Shown: piece by piece, positions 8,916 to 17,252 of the stretch
Numbering within the stretch: position 1 is the stretch's first letter
How the letters are laid out: every line of letters starts with the position of its first letter
Source: Syntrophomonadaceae bacterium
GTDB lineage: Bacteria; Bacillota; Dethiobacteria; DTU022
Length of the DNA stretch: 38,593 nucleotides
Reading direction: 5' to 3'
NCBI GenBank assembly: GCA_007128625.1
Contig: SKXC01000080.1
Location: 1-38,593, forward strand
Made by a program: the position numbers and the translations under genes
The notes under the pieces: generated by a model
Told to the model about the DNA's origin: nothing
The model's input: only the letters and a program-made list of their open reading frames with translations
Database searches by the model: none

Positions 8916-9680
8916 TTGCGTTATCAATGGCGCCTTATCCTGGACCCTCCATTGGCCGGACAAGAAAATATGGAAAAGGATATAGAACTAATGGAAGAAG
9001 TGGCCACGGGCAAATGCCCTCCCACACTTCGTCTCTATCGCTGGTCGCCTCCGGCTGTATCGCTGGGTTATTTCCAGGATGAAAATGAGGTGGTTGATAT
9101 GACTGCCTGTTTCGCAGCCGGGGTTGATGTTGTCCGCCGGCCAACGGGTGGGCGGGCAGTGCTTCATGACCAGGAACTGACCTACAGCATTATTGTGCCC
9201 GAAATACATCCCTTTATCGACAGGGGGGGCGTAATGGATGCCTACCGGGCTATAAGCCGCGGGATAGTTACAGCTTTTAATTTGCTAGGTATCCTGGCTG
9301 CAGTTACACCGGAAGAAAAGAACAGGGCCGGTTTGGCACCCGGTTCATGTTTTGACAGTTCTACAGCTTACGAAATCCATGTTGATGGAAAAAAAGTGGT
9401 CGGCAGTGCACAGCTGCGCAGAGATGGTATTGTTTTACAGCACGGTGCCATACTACTAAAATTACCGGCAGAACTATACCGGAAGGTCTTAAAAAGCGAT
9501 TACTGCCGGAGAGAACAGGTTAAAGAATTTGAGCTTGGTGAAAAAGCAGCCGGCCTGAATGACCTGGGTTATAATGTCAGTTACGATCGTCTGGCCCGGG
9601 CACTGGTCAAAGCATTTTCAATGATCATCCCGGCAGTATTTACCAGTTCACATGGACTAATTAACAATAAGGGGGATTAG
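8916..9680 (+). CDS. Lipoate-protein ligase / octanoyltransferase family protein (LplA N-domain / LipM-like, short form)
   Basis: Contains RRPTGGRAVLHD and the catalytic-lysine motif DGKKVVGSAQ, both typical of the LplA/LipB/LipM superfamily. At ~254 aa it lacks the LplA C-terminal accessory domain. The track start TTG 8895 precedes the RBS AAGGAGG (8901-8907), so TTG 8916 (8-nt spacing) is the likely start. Confidence 0.8.
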   Translation: MRYQWRLILDPPLAGQENMEKDIELMEEVATGKCPPTLRLYRWSPPAVSLGYFQDENEVVDMTACFAAGVDVVRRPTGGRAVLHDQELTYSIIVPEIHPFIDRGGVMDAYRAISRGIVTAFNLLGILAAVTPEEKNRAGLAPGSCFDSSTAYEIHVDGKKVVGSAQLRRDGIVLQHGAILLKLPAELYRKVLKSDYCRREQVKEFELGEKAAGLNDLGYNVSYDRLARALVKAFSMIIPAVFTSSHGLINNKGD

Positions 9681-9683
9681 CAG

Positions 9684-11090
9684 TTGAGCGAAAAATATCA
9701 GGTAACAATAATCGGAGGCGGCCCGGGTGGCTACCTGGCTGCACTAAGAGCCGCTTCATTGGGGTTAAAAACAGCAGTTGTTGAGAAGGAAAAGTTAGGT
9801 GGAGTATGTCTGAATCATGGTTGTATACCGACCAAAGTTTTAACCCATGGAGCCTCTTTATATCGCCGTTTCCATGCGGCCGGAGAATTTGGTTTTGATT
9901 TTCAAAGTATAGATTTTTCATTTGGCCGGCTCCAGGAGAAGAAAAAAGCGGTTGTTAAAGAATTGACTGATCATGTTGGTGTACTGCTTGAAAACAGCAG
10001 GGTCGAAGTATTTTTCGGCAAAGCCAAAGCAGTAAATCCTAACCTGGTCAGTATAGTTCTGGCCAGCGGTGAAGAAATAAAGATAGAAACAGAGAATATT
10101 ATTCTGGCTACTGGCAGTGAAGAAATATTTCCGCCCACACCCGGGCTGGATTTGCCCGGGGTGATTACTTCCTGGGAAGCTTTGGCCCTTGATGAACTGC
10201 CGGAAACCATGGCTGTTATCGGCGGAGGAGTGATCGCCCTGGAAATGGCCTCCATTTTCTCTACCCTGGGTACGAAAGTGACCATTGTTCACCGCAGTGA
10301 ACGACTGCTGCGCCGGATGGATCTGGAAATGGTTCGTCGTTTATCCACTTACCTGCGAAAAAGCGGCTTGCAGATTATGATGAATACTCCTGTTGAAAAG
10401 ATTGAAGAAAATGATGACGGTCTAAAACTTACTGTTGCTACTAAGAAAGGGCAGGAAGTTTTAGAGGCTGAAAAAGTTTTGCTTTCAGTAGGACGTAAGG
10501 CCACTTTTGGCGACCAGGATCTAAATGCGCTGGGAGTTGAATATGATAAAGAGGGAATCAAGGTTAACAGCAAGATGGAAACTACTGTTCCGGGCATTTA
10601 TGCTGCCGGTGATGTTACGGCTCCGGGTTATTTTTTGGCTCATGTTGCCTATCATCAGGGATTGATTGCTGTTGAAAACATAGCCGGTATCGATGCTCAT
10701 TTTGATGGATCAGTTGTTCCGGCCTGCCTGTTTACCGATCCCGAACTGGCCTGTGTCGGTTTAAGTGAAGAGGAGGCCAGGGAAAAAGGTTTTGAAAACC
10801 TGCAGATTGGCAAGTTCCCATTTTCTGCCTGTGGAAAAGCAGCAACCCAGGGTGAAGATGAAGGAGCAGTTAAAATTATTGCTGCCGGTAATGAACAAAA
10901 AGTTATTGGAGTCCATATCCTGGGTCCCCATGCTTCTGATCTAATCCAGGAAGGATCCCTGGCTGTGGCCAGGGGAGCTGTTGCTGCCGAACTGGCCGAA
11001 CTTATCCACCCCCACCCGACCTTATCTGAATCGGTATGGGAGGCGGCAATGTCTATCAATAAAGCCCCTCTTCACTTCGGGCGCCGATGA
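9684..11090 (+). CDS. lpdA: Dihydrolipoyl dehydrogenase (E3 / glycine cleavage L protein)
   Basis: 468 aa with an FAD GxGxxG motif (IIGGGPGGY), the redox disulfide GGVCLNHGCIPTK and the C-terminal HPHPTLSE dyad. TTG start with an AGGGGG RBS. Confidence 0.92.
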   Translation: MSEKYQVTIIGGGPGGYLAALRAASLGLKTAVVEKEKLGGVCLNHGCIPTKVLTHGASLYRRFHAAGEFGFDFQSIDFSFGRLQEKKKAVVKELTDHVGVLLENSRVEVFFGKAKAVNPNLVSIVLASGEEIKIETENIILATGSEEIFPPTPGLDLPGVITSWEALALDELPETMAVIGGGVIALEMASIFSTLGTKVTIVHRSERLLRRMDLEMVRRLSTYLRKSGLQIMMNTPVEKIEENDDGLKLTVATKKGQEVLEAEKVLLSVGRKATFGDQDLNALGVEYDKEGIKVNSKMETTVPGIYAAGDVTAPGYFLAHVAYHQGLIAVENIAGIDAHFDGSVVPACLFTDPELACVGLSEEEAREKGFENLQIGKFPFSACGKAATQGEDEGAVKIIAAGNEQKVIGVHILGPHASDLIQEGSLAVARGAVAAELAELIHPHPTLSESVWEAAMSINKAPLHFGRR

Positions 11091-12202
11091 AAAAAATAGG
11101 GCTTATCGTCAATCCCGTGGCCGGTATGGGTGGAAAGGTCGGCTTAAAAGGAACCGACGGGCAGGATATAGTCGAAAAAGCTCGGGCTATGGGGGCCCGT
11201 CCTGAGTCGGCACAAAAAGCGGCTGTTGCCCTGCAGGTTTTATCTGCAATTAAGGAGGAAATTGAATTAATTACCTGTCCGGGGGAGATGGGAGAGGATG
11301 TTGCCCGCCGTTGTGGCTTTGAACCGCAGTTAATATCGGGAATCAGTGGGCAGACCACTGCAGATGATACAGAAAAAGCAGCCCGGGATTTGGCCGGTCT
11401 GGAAGTGGATTTGCTTCTTTTTGTTGGTGGTGACGGAACGGCCAGGAATATCTACAACGTGCTTGGTGATAATTCTGCTTTACCGTCGATTGGTGTTCCG
11501 GCCGGGGTAAAAATACATTCAGCTGTTTACGCCACTAATCCCCGTAACGCCGGGGAGCTGGCTGTTCAGTTTCTTCAGGATGCCAGCCTTCCTTTGCGCA
11601 GGGCCGAGGTCATGGATATAGACGAAGAGGCCTTTCGGGAAGGCCGTCTTTCTGCTCGCCTATACGGTTATCTCCAGGTGCCCTGTGCCGGTGATTTGAT
11701 GCAGCATTTAAAAATTGGTGGAACAGGAACGGAAGCATCTGTCCTGGAAGCAATTGCCGACAGTATTGTTGAAAAAATGGAGCCGGATATAGTTTATATC
11801 ATCGGTCCCGGATCGACAATTGAACCTATTATGAATAAGCTTGGTTTAAAAAATACCCTGCTCGGGGTGGATGTGGTTTTGAACAGGAAACTTGTGGCTA
11901 ACGATACCAATGAAAAACAGCTGCTTGAGCTGATTGCCGGTAAACAGGCTAAAATTGTGGTTACCGTAATCGGGGGACAGGGTTATATTTTTGGCCGGGG
12001 CAATCAACAGATCAGTGCAGATGTAATCAGGCAGGTAGGAAGAGAAAATATTATAGTTGCAGCTACCAGGGAGAAAATCTTTTCCCTTGAATACGAACGA
12101 TTGTTTGTTGATACCGGGGATGAAGAAGTTAATAAGATGCTATCAGGTTATATGAAAATTGTAACCGGGTATAACGAGGAATTAATATACCGGGTTGGTT
12201 AA
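11087..12202 (+). CDS. ATP-NAD kinase family protein (AcoX-like; function unknown)
   Basis: 371 aa with MKKIGLIVNPVAGMGGKVGLKGTDG and FVGGDGTARN (the NAD-kinase/diacylglycerol-kinase fold GGDGT motif). ATGA overlap with the lpd stop. Confidence 0.7.
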   Translation: MKKIGLIVNPVAGMGGKVGLKGTDGQDIVEKARAMGARPESAQKAAVALQVLSAIKEEIELITCPGEMGEDVARRCGFEPQLISGISGQTTADDTEKAARDLAGLEVDLLLFVGGDGTARNIYNVLGDNSALPSIGVPAGVKIHSAVYATNPRNAGELAVQFLQDASLPLRRAEVMDIDEEAFREGRLSARLYGYLQVPCAGDLMQHLKIGGTGTEASVLEAIADSIVEKMEPDIVYIIGPGSTIEPIMNKLGLKNTLLGVDVVLNRKLVANDTNEKQLLELIAGKQAKIVVTVIGGQGYIFGRGNQQISADVIRQVGRENIIVAATREKIFSLEYERLFVDTGDEEVNKMLSGYMKIVTGYNEELIYRVG

Positions 12203-12241
12203 TGATCCTGTCTGTAGTTAAGAGCAATAAATGTTATAATT

Positions 12242-12293
12242 AAAGGCAGGAGACAGCCTGGTTTCTAACTAAGGCAACTGCCTTTTTATTTGT
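12242..12293 (+). terminator. Possible intrinsic terminator ending the lipS-lpl-lpd-acoX-like unit
   Basis: AAAGGCAG (12242-12249) pairs with CTGCCTTT (12278-12285). A local hairpin AAGGC-AACT-GCCTT is also possible. The stem is followed by TTTTTATTTG. Confidence 0.45.
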
Positions 12294-12394
12294 ATAATGT
12301 TTTAAATGAATCATGGCAGCTGCAGCAACGTGTACGGTTTATTATCTATTCAAGTTTCTGCGTAAATGTAAATCTTTCAAGACAGGAGATGTAA

Positions 12395-12946
12395 TTGTTG
12401 TCGCTAATTGAAGGTGAAAAAGAACATATACTTGCTTGTGTAAAGGAAGTCCTCGGTGAGAACACGAAAACCCGTGAGAATTTGATTCCCCTTTTACAAC
12501 AGGTCCAGCATAAACTGGGTTACCTGCCGTCCCTGGCCATGGAGAAAATTGCTGAAGGGGTAAATGTCCCTACGGTTGACATTTACGGTCTGGCTACGTT
12601 CTATAACCAGTTTAGGATGAATCCGCCGGGTAAACACCAGGTTAAAGTTTGTCTAGGGACTGCCTGTTATATGGTTGGTGGTGATATTACCCTGGAATCT
12701 TTTGAACGTCGAATGGAAATAAAGGAAGGGGAAACAAGTCCCGATCGATTATTTAGCCTGGAACGGGTAGCCTGTGTTGGCTGCTGCACCCTGGCGCCGG
12801 TAGTAGTAGTTGATGATAAAGTAGAAGGCAAGGTTACTCCGACCAGGGTTGATGGAATTATGCTCGCCTTAAATGAAGAAAACGGAAAAGCTGCCGCAGA
12901 ACAGAAACCAGATCAGTCAGAGGGTGACGATAATGGTCACAGCTAA
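12395..12946 (+). CDS. NuoE/HydC-like [2Fe-2S] thioredoxin-fold subunit
   Basis: 183 aa with the Cys pattern CLGTAC...CVGCC typical of NuoE/HydC. TTG start 6 nt after CAGGAG. Acidic C-terminal tail. Confidence 0.85.
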   Translation: MLSLIEGEKEHILACVKEVLGENTKTRENLIPLLQQVQHKLGYLPSLAMEKIAEGVNVPTVDIYGLATFYNQFRMNPPGKHQVKVCLGTACYMVGGDITLESFERRMEIKEGETSPDRLFSLERVACVGCCTLAPVVVVDDKVEGKVTPTRVDGIMLALNEENGKAAAEQKPDQSEGDDNGHS

Positions 12947-14846
12947 TAAACCACAGGATAACTATAAAAAAATGTTTGAGCAGGCCCGGGAACAGGTGCA
13001 GTCCAGGCAGGAGAAGTCCCGGGTATTAATTGGAACAGCCTCATGTGGGCTGGCTGCCGGTGCCGAGCAGGTCAAGGAAAGTTTTTGCCGCGAAATTGAG
13101 TCCAGGGGTCTGGATGTAGAGATAATAGAAGTAGGTTGTATCGGGCACTGCTATGCCGAGCCGCTGGCTATAATAGACAAACCCGGTTTTCCACCAGTCT
13201 GCTATGGATATCTTGACGAAGGCCTGGTTCACCGCTTAGTGGAGGACTTCATAGCCGGCGATGACCCTTCTTATGAATATGCCCTGGCCGCCCTTGAACG
13301 TAATGACGAATTTCCCACCTTTGAAGATTTTCCCCGTGGTGTTTACGAGAAAAAGGTAATCCTTGAGAACTGCGGTTTGACTGATTTCAGTAAAATTGAA
13401 AGCTATATCGCCCGCGAAGGATACAGTGCCCTGGCTAAAGCCCTTTCTGAGGAACCGAAGCAGGTTCTTGAAGAAGTGAAAGCAGCCCGTCTGAGGGGTC
13501 GTGGGGGAGCTGGTTTTCCGGCCGGCACCAAATGGGAAGCCTGCATGAACAGCAGTGATGATGAAAAGTACGTCATCTGCAACGCCGATGAAGGAGATCC
13601 CGGAGCTTTCATGGATCGCAGCATCCTGGAATCAGATCCTCACCTGGTCTTAGAAGGCATGATCTTGTGCGCTTACGCGGTGGGTGCCCGGCAGGGTTAT
13701 TTATACATCCGGGCTGAATATCCCCGGGCCGTAGAACATATCCAAAAAGCTATTGAAGAGGCCAGAAAGAAACAACTGCTTGGTTCTTCTATACTGGGCA
13801 CCGGTTTTTCATTTGACCTCCAAGTATTTCAGGGTTCTGGGGCATTTATCTGCGGAGAGGCAACAGCCCTGGTCAATTCCATGGAAGGTAAAATGGGTAT
13901 GCCTGAAAGCAGGCCTCCGCGACTTGTTGAGCATGGTTTTAGGGGTAAGCCAACTGTTCTTAATAATGTCAAAACCTTTGCTTATGTGCCCCTGATTGTA
14001 AACCGGGGTGCAAAATGGTTTAAAGGTATTGGCACTCCGGATAGTCCGGGAACTGCTGTTTTTTCGCTAGTTGGTAAAATTAACAATACCGGCCTGGTTG
14101 AAGTGCCTATGGGTACAACTTTACGTCAGTTGATTGAAGAGGTTGGTGACGGATTACCAGAGGGACGTGAATTTAAAGCTGTGCAGATTGGAGGCCCCTC
14201 CGGTGGCTGCCTGCCTGAATCAGCCCTTGATGTACCTATAGATTTTGATTCTCTTCATGAAGCGGGGGCGATTATGGGCTCAGGTGGACTGGTGGTAATG
14301 GACCAGGACGATTGTATGGTAGCAGTAGCCCGCTACTTCCTTGAATTTACTCAGCACGAATCCTGTGGAAAATGCACTTTTTGTCGCCTGGGGACCAAGC
14401 ACATGCTTGATATTCTTACCGGGATAACCAGGGGCCAGGGTGACGATCAAACCTTGCAGCTGTTAAAGGAGTTAAGTGAAGATGTCCGTGACGGTTCTTT
14501 ATGCAACCTGGGTTGTACTGCTCCCAACCCGGTATTAACCACTTTGAAATATTTTCACGATGAATATAAGGCTCATATAGAAGAAGGCCGTTGTCCGGCC
14601 CTGGTATGCCGTGACTTGATTCTATATTATATTGAACCGCCGAAATGCAGCAAGCTGTGCAATGTTTGTGTGGGCAGTTGTCCGACCGAGGCTATTTATA
14701 CCCGGGATGACGGGCTGAAAGCAATTGACCAGGACAAATGTGTGAAGTGTGATAATTGCCGCAAAGCCTGCCCGCCTGAATATAATGCGGTGATCAAACT
14801 GTCTCCCCCTGTTTTACCGGCAGAAAAGGAGCGTAAAGCAAAATGA
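12933..14846 (+). CDS. NuoF/HydB-like NADH-binding FMN/FeS flavoprotein with N-terminal [2Fe-2S] and C-terminal 2x[4Fe-4S] extensions
   Basis: Contains GRGGAGFPAGTKWE, ICNADEGDPGAF and ESCGKCTFCRLG, plus C-terminal CNVCVGSCP and CVKCDNCRKACP. The track start 12873 lies inside the upstream gene. ATG 12933 follows GAGGGTG and overlaps the NuoE-like stop by 14 nt. Confidence 0.88.
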   Translation: MVTANKPQDNYKKMFEQAREQVQSRQEKSRVLIGTASCGLAAGAEQVKESFCREIESRGLDVEIIEVGCIGHCYAEPLAIIDKPGFPPVCYGYLDEGLVHRLVEDFIAGDDPSYEYALAALERNDEFPTFEDFPRGVYEKKVILENCGLTDFSKIESYIAREGYSALAKALSEEPKQVLEEVKAARLRGRGGAGFPAGTKWEACMNSSDDEKYVICNADEGDPGAFMDRSILESDPHLVLEGMILCAYAVGARQGYLYIRAEYPRAVEHIQKAIEEARKKQLLGSSILGTGFSFDLQVFQGSGAFICGEATALVNSMEGKMGMPESRPPRLVEHGFRGKPTVLNNVKTFAYVPLIVNRGAKWFKGIGTPDSPGTAVFSLVGKINNTGLVEVPMGTTLRQLIEEVGDGLPEGREFKAVQIGGPSGGCLPESALDVPIDFDSLHEAGAIMGSGGLVVMDQDDCMVAVARYFLEFTQHESCGKCTFCRLGTKHMLDILTGITRGQGDDQTLQLLKELSEDVRDGSLCNLGCTAPNPVLTTLKYFHDEYKAHIEEGRCPALVCRDLILYYIEPPKCSKLCNVCVGSCPTEAIYTRDDGLKAIDQDKCVKCDNCRKACPPEYNAVIKLSPPVLPAEKERKAK

Positions 14847-15499
14847 GTGAGCATGTTAATATTACTATTGACGACCGTGAAATAAAAGTCCGTCCCGGTG
14901 AAAAATTACTCTGGGCAGCCCTGGAAAACGATATCTATATTCCTCACCTTTGCGCCATAAAAGAAGAAAGCAGACCGAATGCTTCCTGCCGCCTCTGTTT
15001 TGTTGAAATTGACGGAATTGATTATCCGGTTGCTGCCTGCACAAGGCAGGTCGAAGAGGGAATGGTAGTGAAAACACGGAGCACGAAGGTGGATCGCCTG
15101 GTTAAAACTGCTTTTGAATTGCTCCTTTCAGATCATAACTTGAAATGTAGTGAATGTCCGGCCAACCGTAATTGTGCTTTACAGAGAATAGCTAAAGAAA
15201 GGGGCCTCAAGCTTAAGCACAACCGGTTTAAACCGATTGGCAGGGAATTTGAACTTGATGACAGTCCGGCTGAATTTGCCTTTGATCGCAGCCGTTGTGT
15301 CCTTTGCGGGCAGTGTATCTGGGCTGATCGGGTCGGGGCGGAAGCATGGATATTTGGCTTTGCCAATCGCGGCATCGATCGGGTAGTGACTACTTTTAAC
15401 AATCTGCCCCTGGCTGAATTGAAATGTAATGAATGCACCCTGTGTGTGGATGCCTGTCCGGTTGGTGCTCTTTACTACAAGAGAGAACAAAAAGTTTGA
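14843..15499 (+). CDS. 2Fe-2S plus multi-[4Fe-4S] ferredoxin-like subunit (N-terminal part of NuoG/HydA/FdhA, no catalytic domain)
   Basis: 218 aa with 2Fe-2S Cys (HLCAI..CRLCFVE..ACTRQV), the His-ligated cluster motif HNLKCSECPANRNC, and CVLCGQC and CNECTLCVDACP. ATGA overlap with the NuoF-like stop. Confidence 0.8.
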   Translation: MSEHVNITIDDREIKVRPGEKLLWAALENDIYIPHLCAIKEESRPNASCRLCFVEIDGIDYPVAACTRQVEEGMVVKTRSTKVDRLVKTAFELLLSDHNLKCSECPANRNCALQRIAKERGLKLKHNRFKPIGREFELDDSPAEFAFDRSRCVLCGQCIWADRVGAEAWIFGFANRGIDRVVTTFNNLPLAELKCNECTLCVDACPVGALYYKREQKV

Positions 15500-15597
15500 A
15501 AGCAGGAGTTTTTTTACAATTACAACCATCTATGCTATACTAATTATAGAGTCTTCTACAGAGGTAGGAGACCAATATTTTATGGGAGCTGATTGTT

Positions 15598-17055
15598 ATG
15601 TCCGGATTGATTGGTGTATTTGGTGAAAAAGACGATACGACCGATATGGATCCGCTGATAGAAAAGGTTAAGTTTCGTGGAACCTGTTTAGAGAAGGAAT
15701 GTGAGGATGACTGTCAGAGCTTAGCTGTTTTAAGCAGCTCTTCTCATGACTTTGACAGTTTATCATCGGCTGCTCTTGATGGTTACCTGGTATTTTCTGA
15801 AGAAAAAGAAGGAAATACCCTGCAGGGCAGTGAAGCAGAAAATAAGTTCTGTGATCTGCTGAAAAAAGAAGGCCTTTCCTGTTTTGAAAACATTGAGGGA
15901 GAATTTGCTCTTGCCTATTTTGGAGAAGATGGCAGTTGCCTGGTAGCTAGAGATCCCTTTGGTGTTAAACCACTTTATTATACTATCAAAGAAAAAACTT
16001 TATATATTGCCCCGGAAATAAAAGCCCTGATTGATCTGGAAAGCCCTATCAAAGAAGCACCGCCCGGAAGCTATTATGAAAGAGGTAAAGGCTGGATCAG
16101 GTATTACAACCTGCCCAAGGTTTTTAAAAAGAGCCGGCTATCGCTGCAGCAAGCTGAAGATAAAATGCGTCATTTGCTCTGGCTTGCTGTTGAAGAACGT
16201 ATTACTGATGTGGAAAATCTCGGTGTCTATTTAAGCGGTGGTTTGGACAGTAGTGTTGTAGCTGCCCTGGCTTCAGAAATATCTTCGGAGCAAATAAGCA
16301 CTTACACCGTAGGAGTTAAAGGCAGCAAGGATATTGAATATGCCTCTATAGTTGCTGATCGTATCGGCTCAAAACCTCATGTTTATACTTACAACCTGGA
16401 TGAAATGCTCGATATTCTGCCTTTGGTAATATATCACCTGGAATCTTTTGACTGCGCTTATGTCCGCTCGTCAATTCCTAATTTTATTGCTGCCCGTCAG
16501 GCTGCAGCTGATGGACGCAGGGTGATGCTAACAGGAGAAGGCTCAGACGAGATATTTGCCGGCTATAGTTATCTTAAAACGCTCGATTCTGAAAAAGAGA
16601 TCTCTTTAGAAATTGAAAACTTTATTAAAAATCTCAGTCGTACAGGTTTGCAGCGGGTGGACAGGATGAATGCCGCCCACGGACTTGAGTGCCGGGTTCC
16701 TTTTTTGAAGCCTGCCTTGCTTGAACTTGTTCAACAGTTTCCTCTCGACTGGAAGCTCCATGATCGGCAGCATGAACCGGTCGACAAGTGGATTCTCAGA
16801 AGAGCTTTTGAAAAAGAGCTTGGAAGCAAGGTGGCCTGGCGCGAAAAAGAACAGTTTGATCAGGGTTCAGGTTCATCAGATATGCTAATTGCAATTGCTG
16901 AAGAAAAAATAAGTGATGATGAATTTGCTGAAGAGTCAGCAGAAGCCCCGGTACCGGTAAGAAATAAAGAAGAGCTATATTACTACCGCATTTTCAGGAG
17001 CTACTATCCGGAATCGGTTCTGCCCCTGGTTGGTCGGTGGACTAAAACCAGTTAA
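15598..17055 (+). CDS. Asparagine synthase (AsnB) family protein lacking the N-terminal Cys nucleophile
   Basis: 485 aa with the PP-loop YLSGGLDSSVVAALA. The N-terminus is MSGLIGVFG where AsnB has MCGI/MCSI. An in-frame TAG at 15565-15567 and the absence of other start codons fix ATG 15598 (RBS GGGAG, 9 nt upstream). Confidence 0.8.
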   Translation: MSGLIGVFGEKDDTTDMDPLIEKVKFRGTCLEKECEDDCQSLAVLSSSSHDFDSLSSAALDGYLVFSEEKEGNTLQGSEAENKFCDLLKKEGLSCFENIEGEFALAYFGEDGSCLVARDPFGVKPLYYTIKEKTLYIAPEIKALIDLESPIKEAPPGSYYERGKGWIRYYNLPKVFKKSRLSLQQAEDKMRHLLWLAVEERITDVENLGVYLSGGLDSSVVAALASEISSEQISTYTVGVKGSKDIEYASIVADRIGSKPHVYTYNLDEMLDILPLVIYHLESFDCAYVRSSIPNFIAARQAAADGRRVMLTGEGSDEIFAGYSYLKTLDSEKEISLEIENFIKNLSRTGLQRVDRMNAAHGLECRVPFLKPALLELVQQFPLDWKLHDRQHEPVDKWILRRAFEKELGSKVAWREKEQFDQGSGSSDMLIAIAEEKISDDEFAEESAEAPVPVRNKEELYYYRIFRSYYPESVLPLVGRWTKTS

Positions 17056-17252
17056 CATTGACAGTTTTTATACTATAGGGACTTCCCCGATATTTTTAAT
17101 TAACTTTGATTAGCGGGGATGTCTCCCTGTTTATAATGATTTCCTCTTAAACTGCTAATATGGATAGTCCTGTTATCTATCTAAAGAAGCAATCAATCAA
17201 TATTTGAAGACAAGGAATTTGTGTTGTACTTTTAACAAGAGGAGAACTGCTG

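Noticed and set aside
15465-15626. A possible lasso-peptide system. A 14-codon ORF MGADCYVRIDWCIW (15582-15626; Gly1...Asp9, two Cys) overlaps the start of the Cys-less AsnB homologue, and lasso cyclases are AsnB-like.
   Set aside because: No leader peptide is available, because the only canonical in-frame upstream starts lie inside the preceding ferredoxin gene. There is no Thr at position -2 and no B-type leader peptidase/RRE or ABC exporter next to it. The peptide ORF is most simply a chance out-of-frame overlap.
17076-17140. A possible terminator after the AsnB-like gene (GGGACTTCCCCG ... CGGGGATGTCTCCC).
   Set aside because: The two short helices (6 bp and 4 bp) are split by an internal loop, the apical loop is 24 nt, and there is no U-tract. 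The evidence is too weak to annotate.
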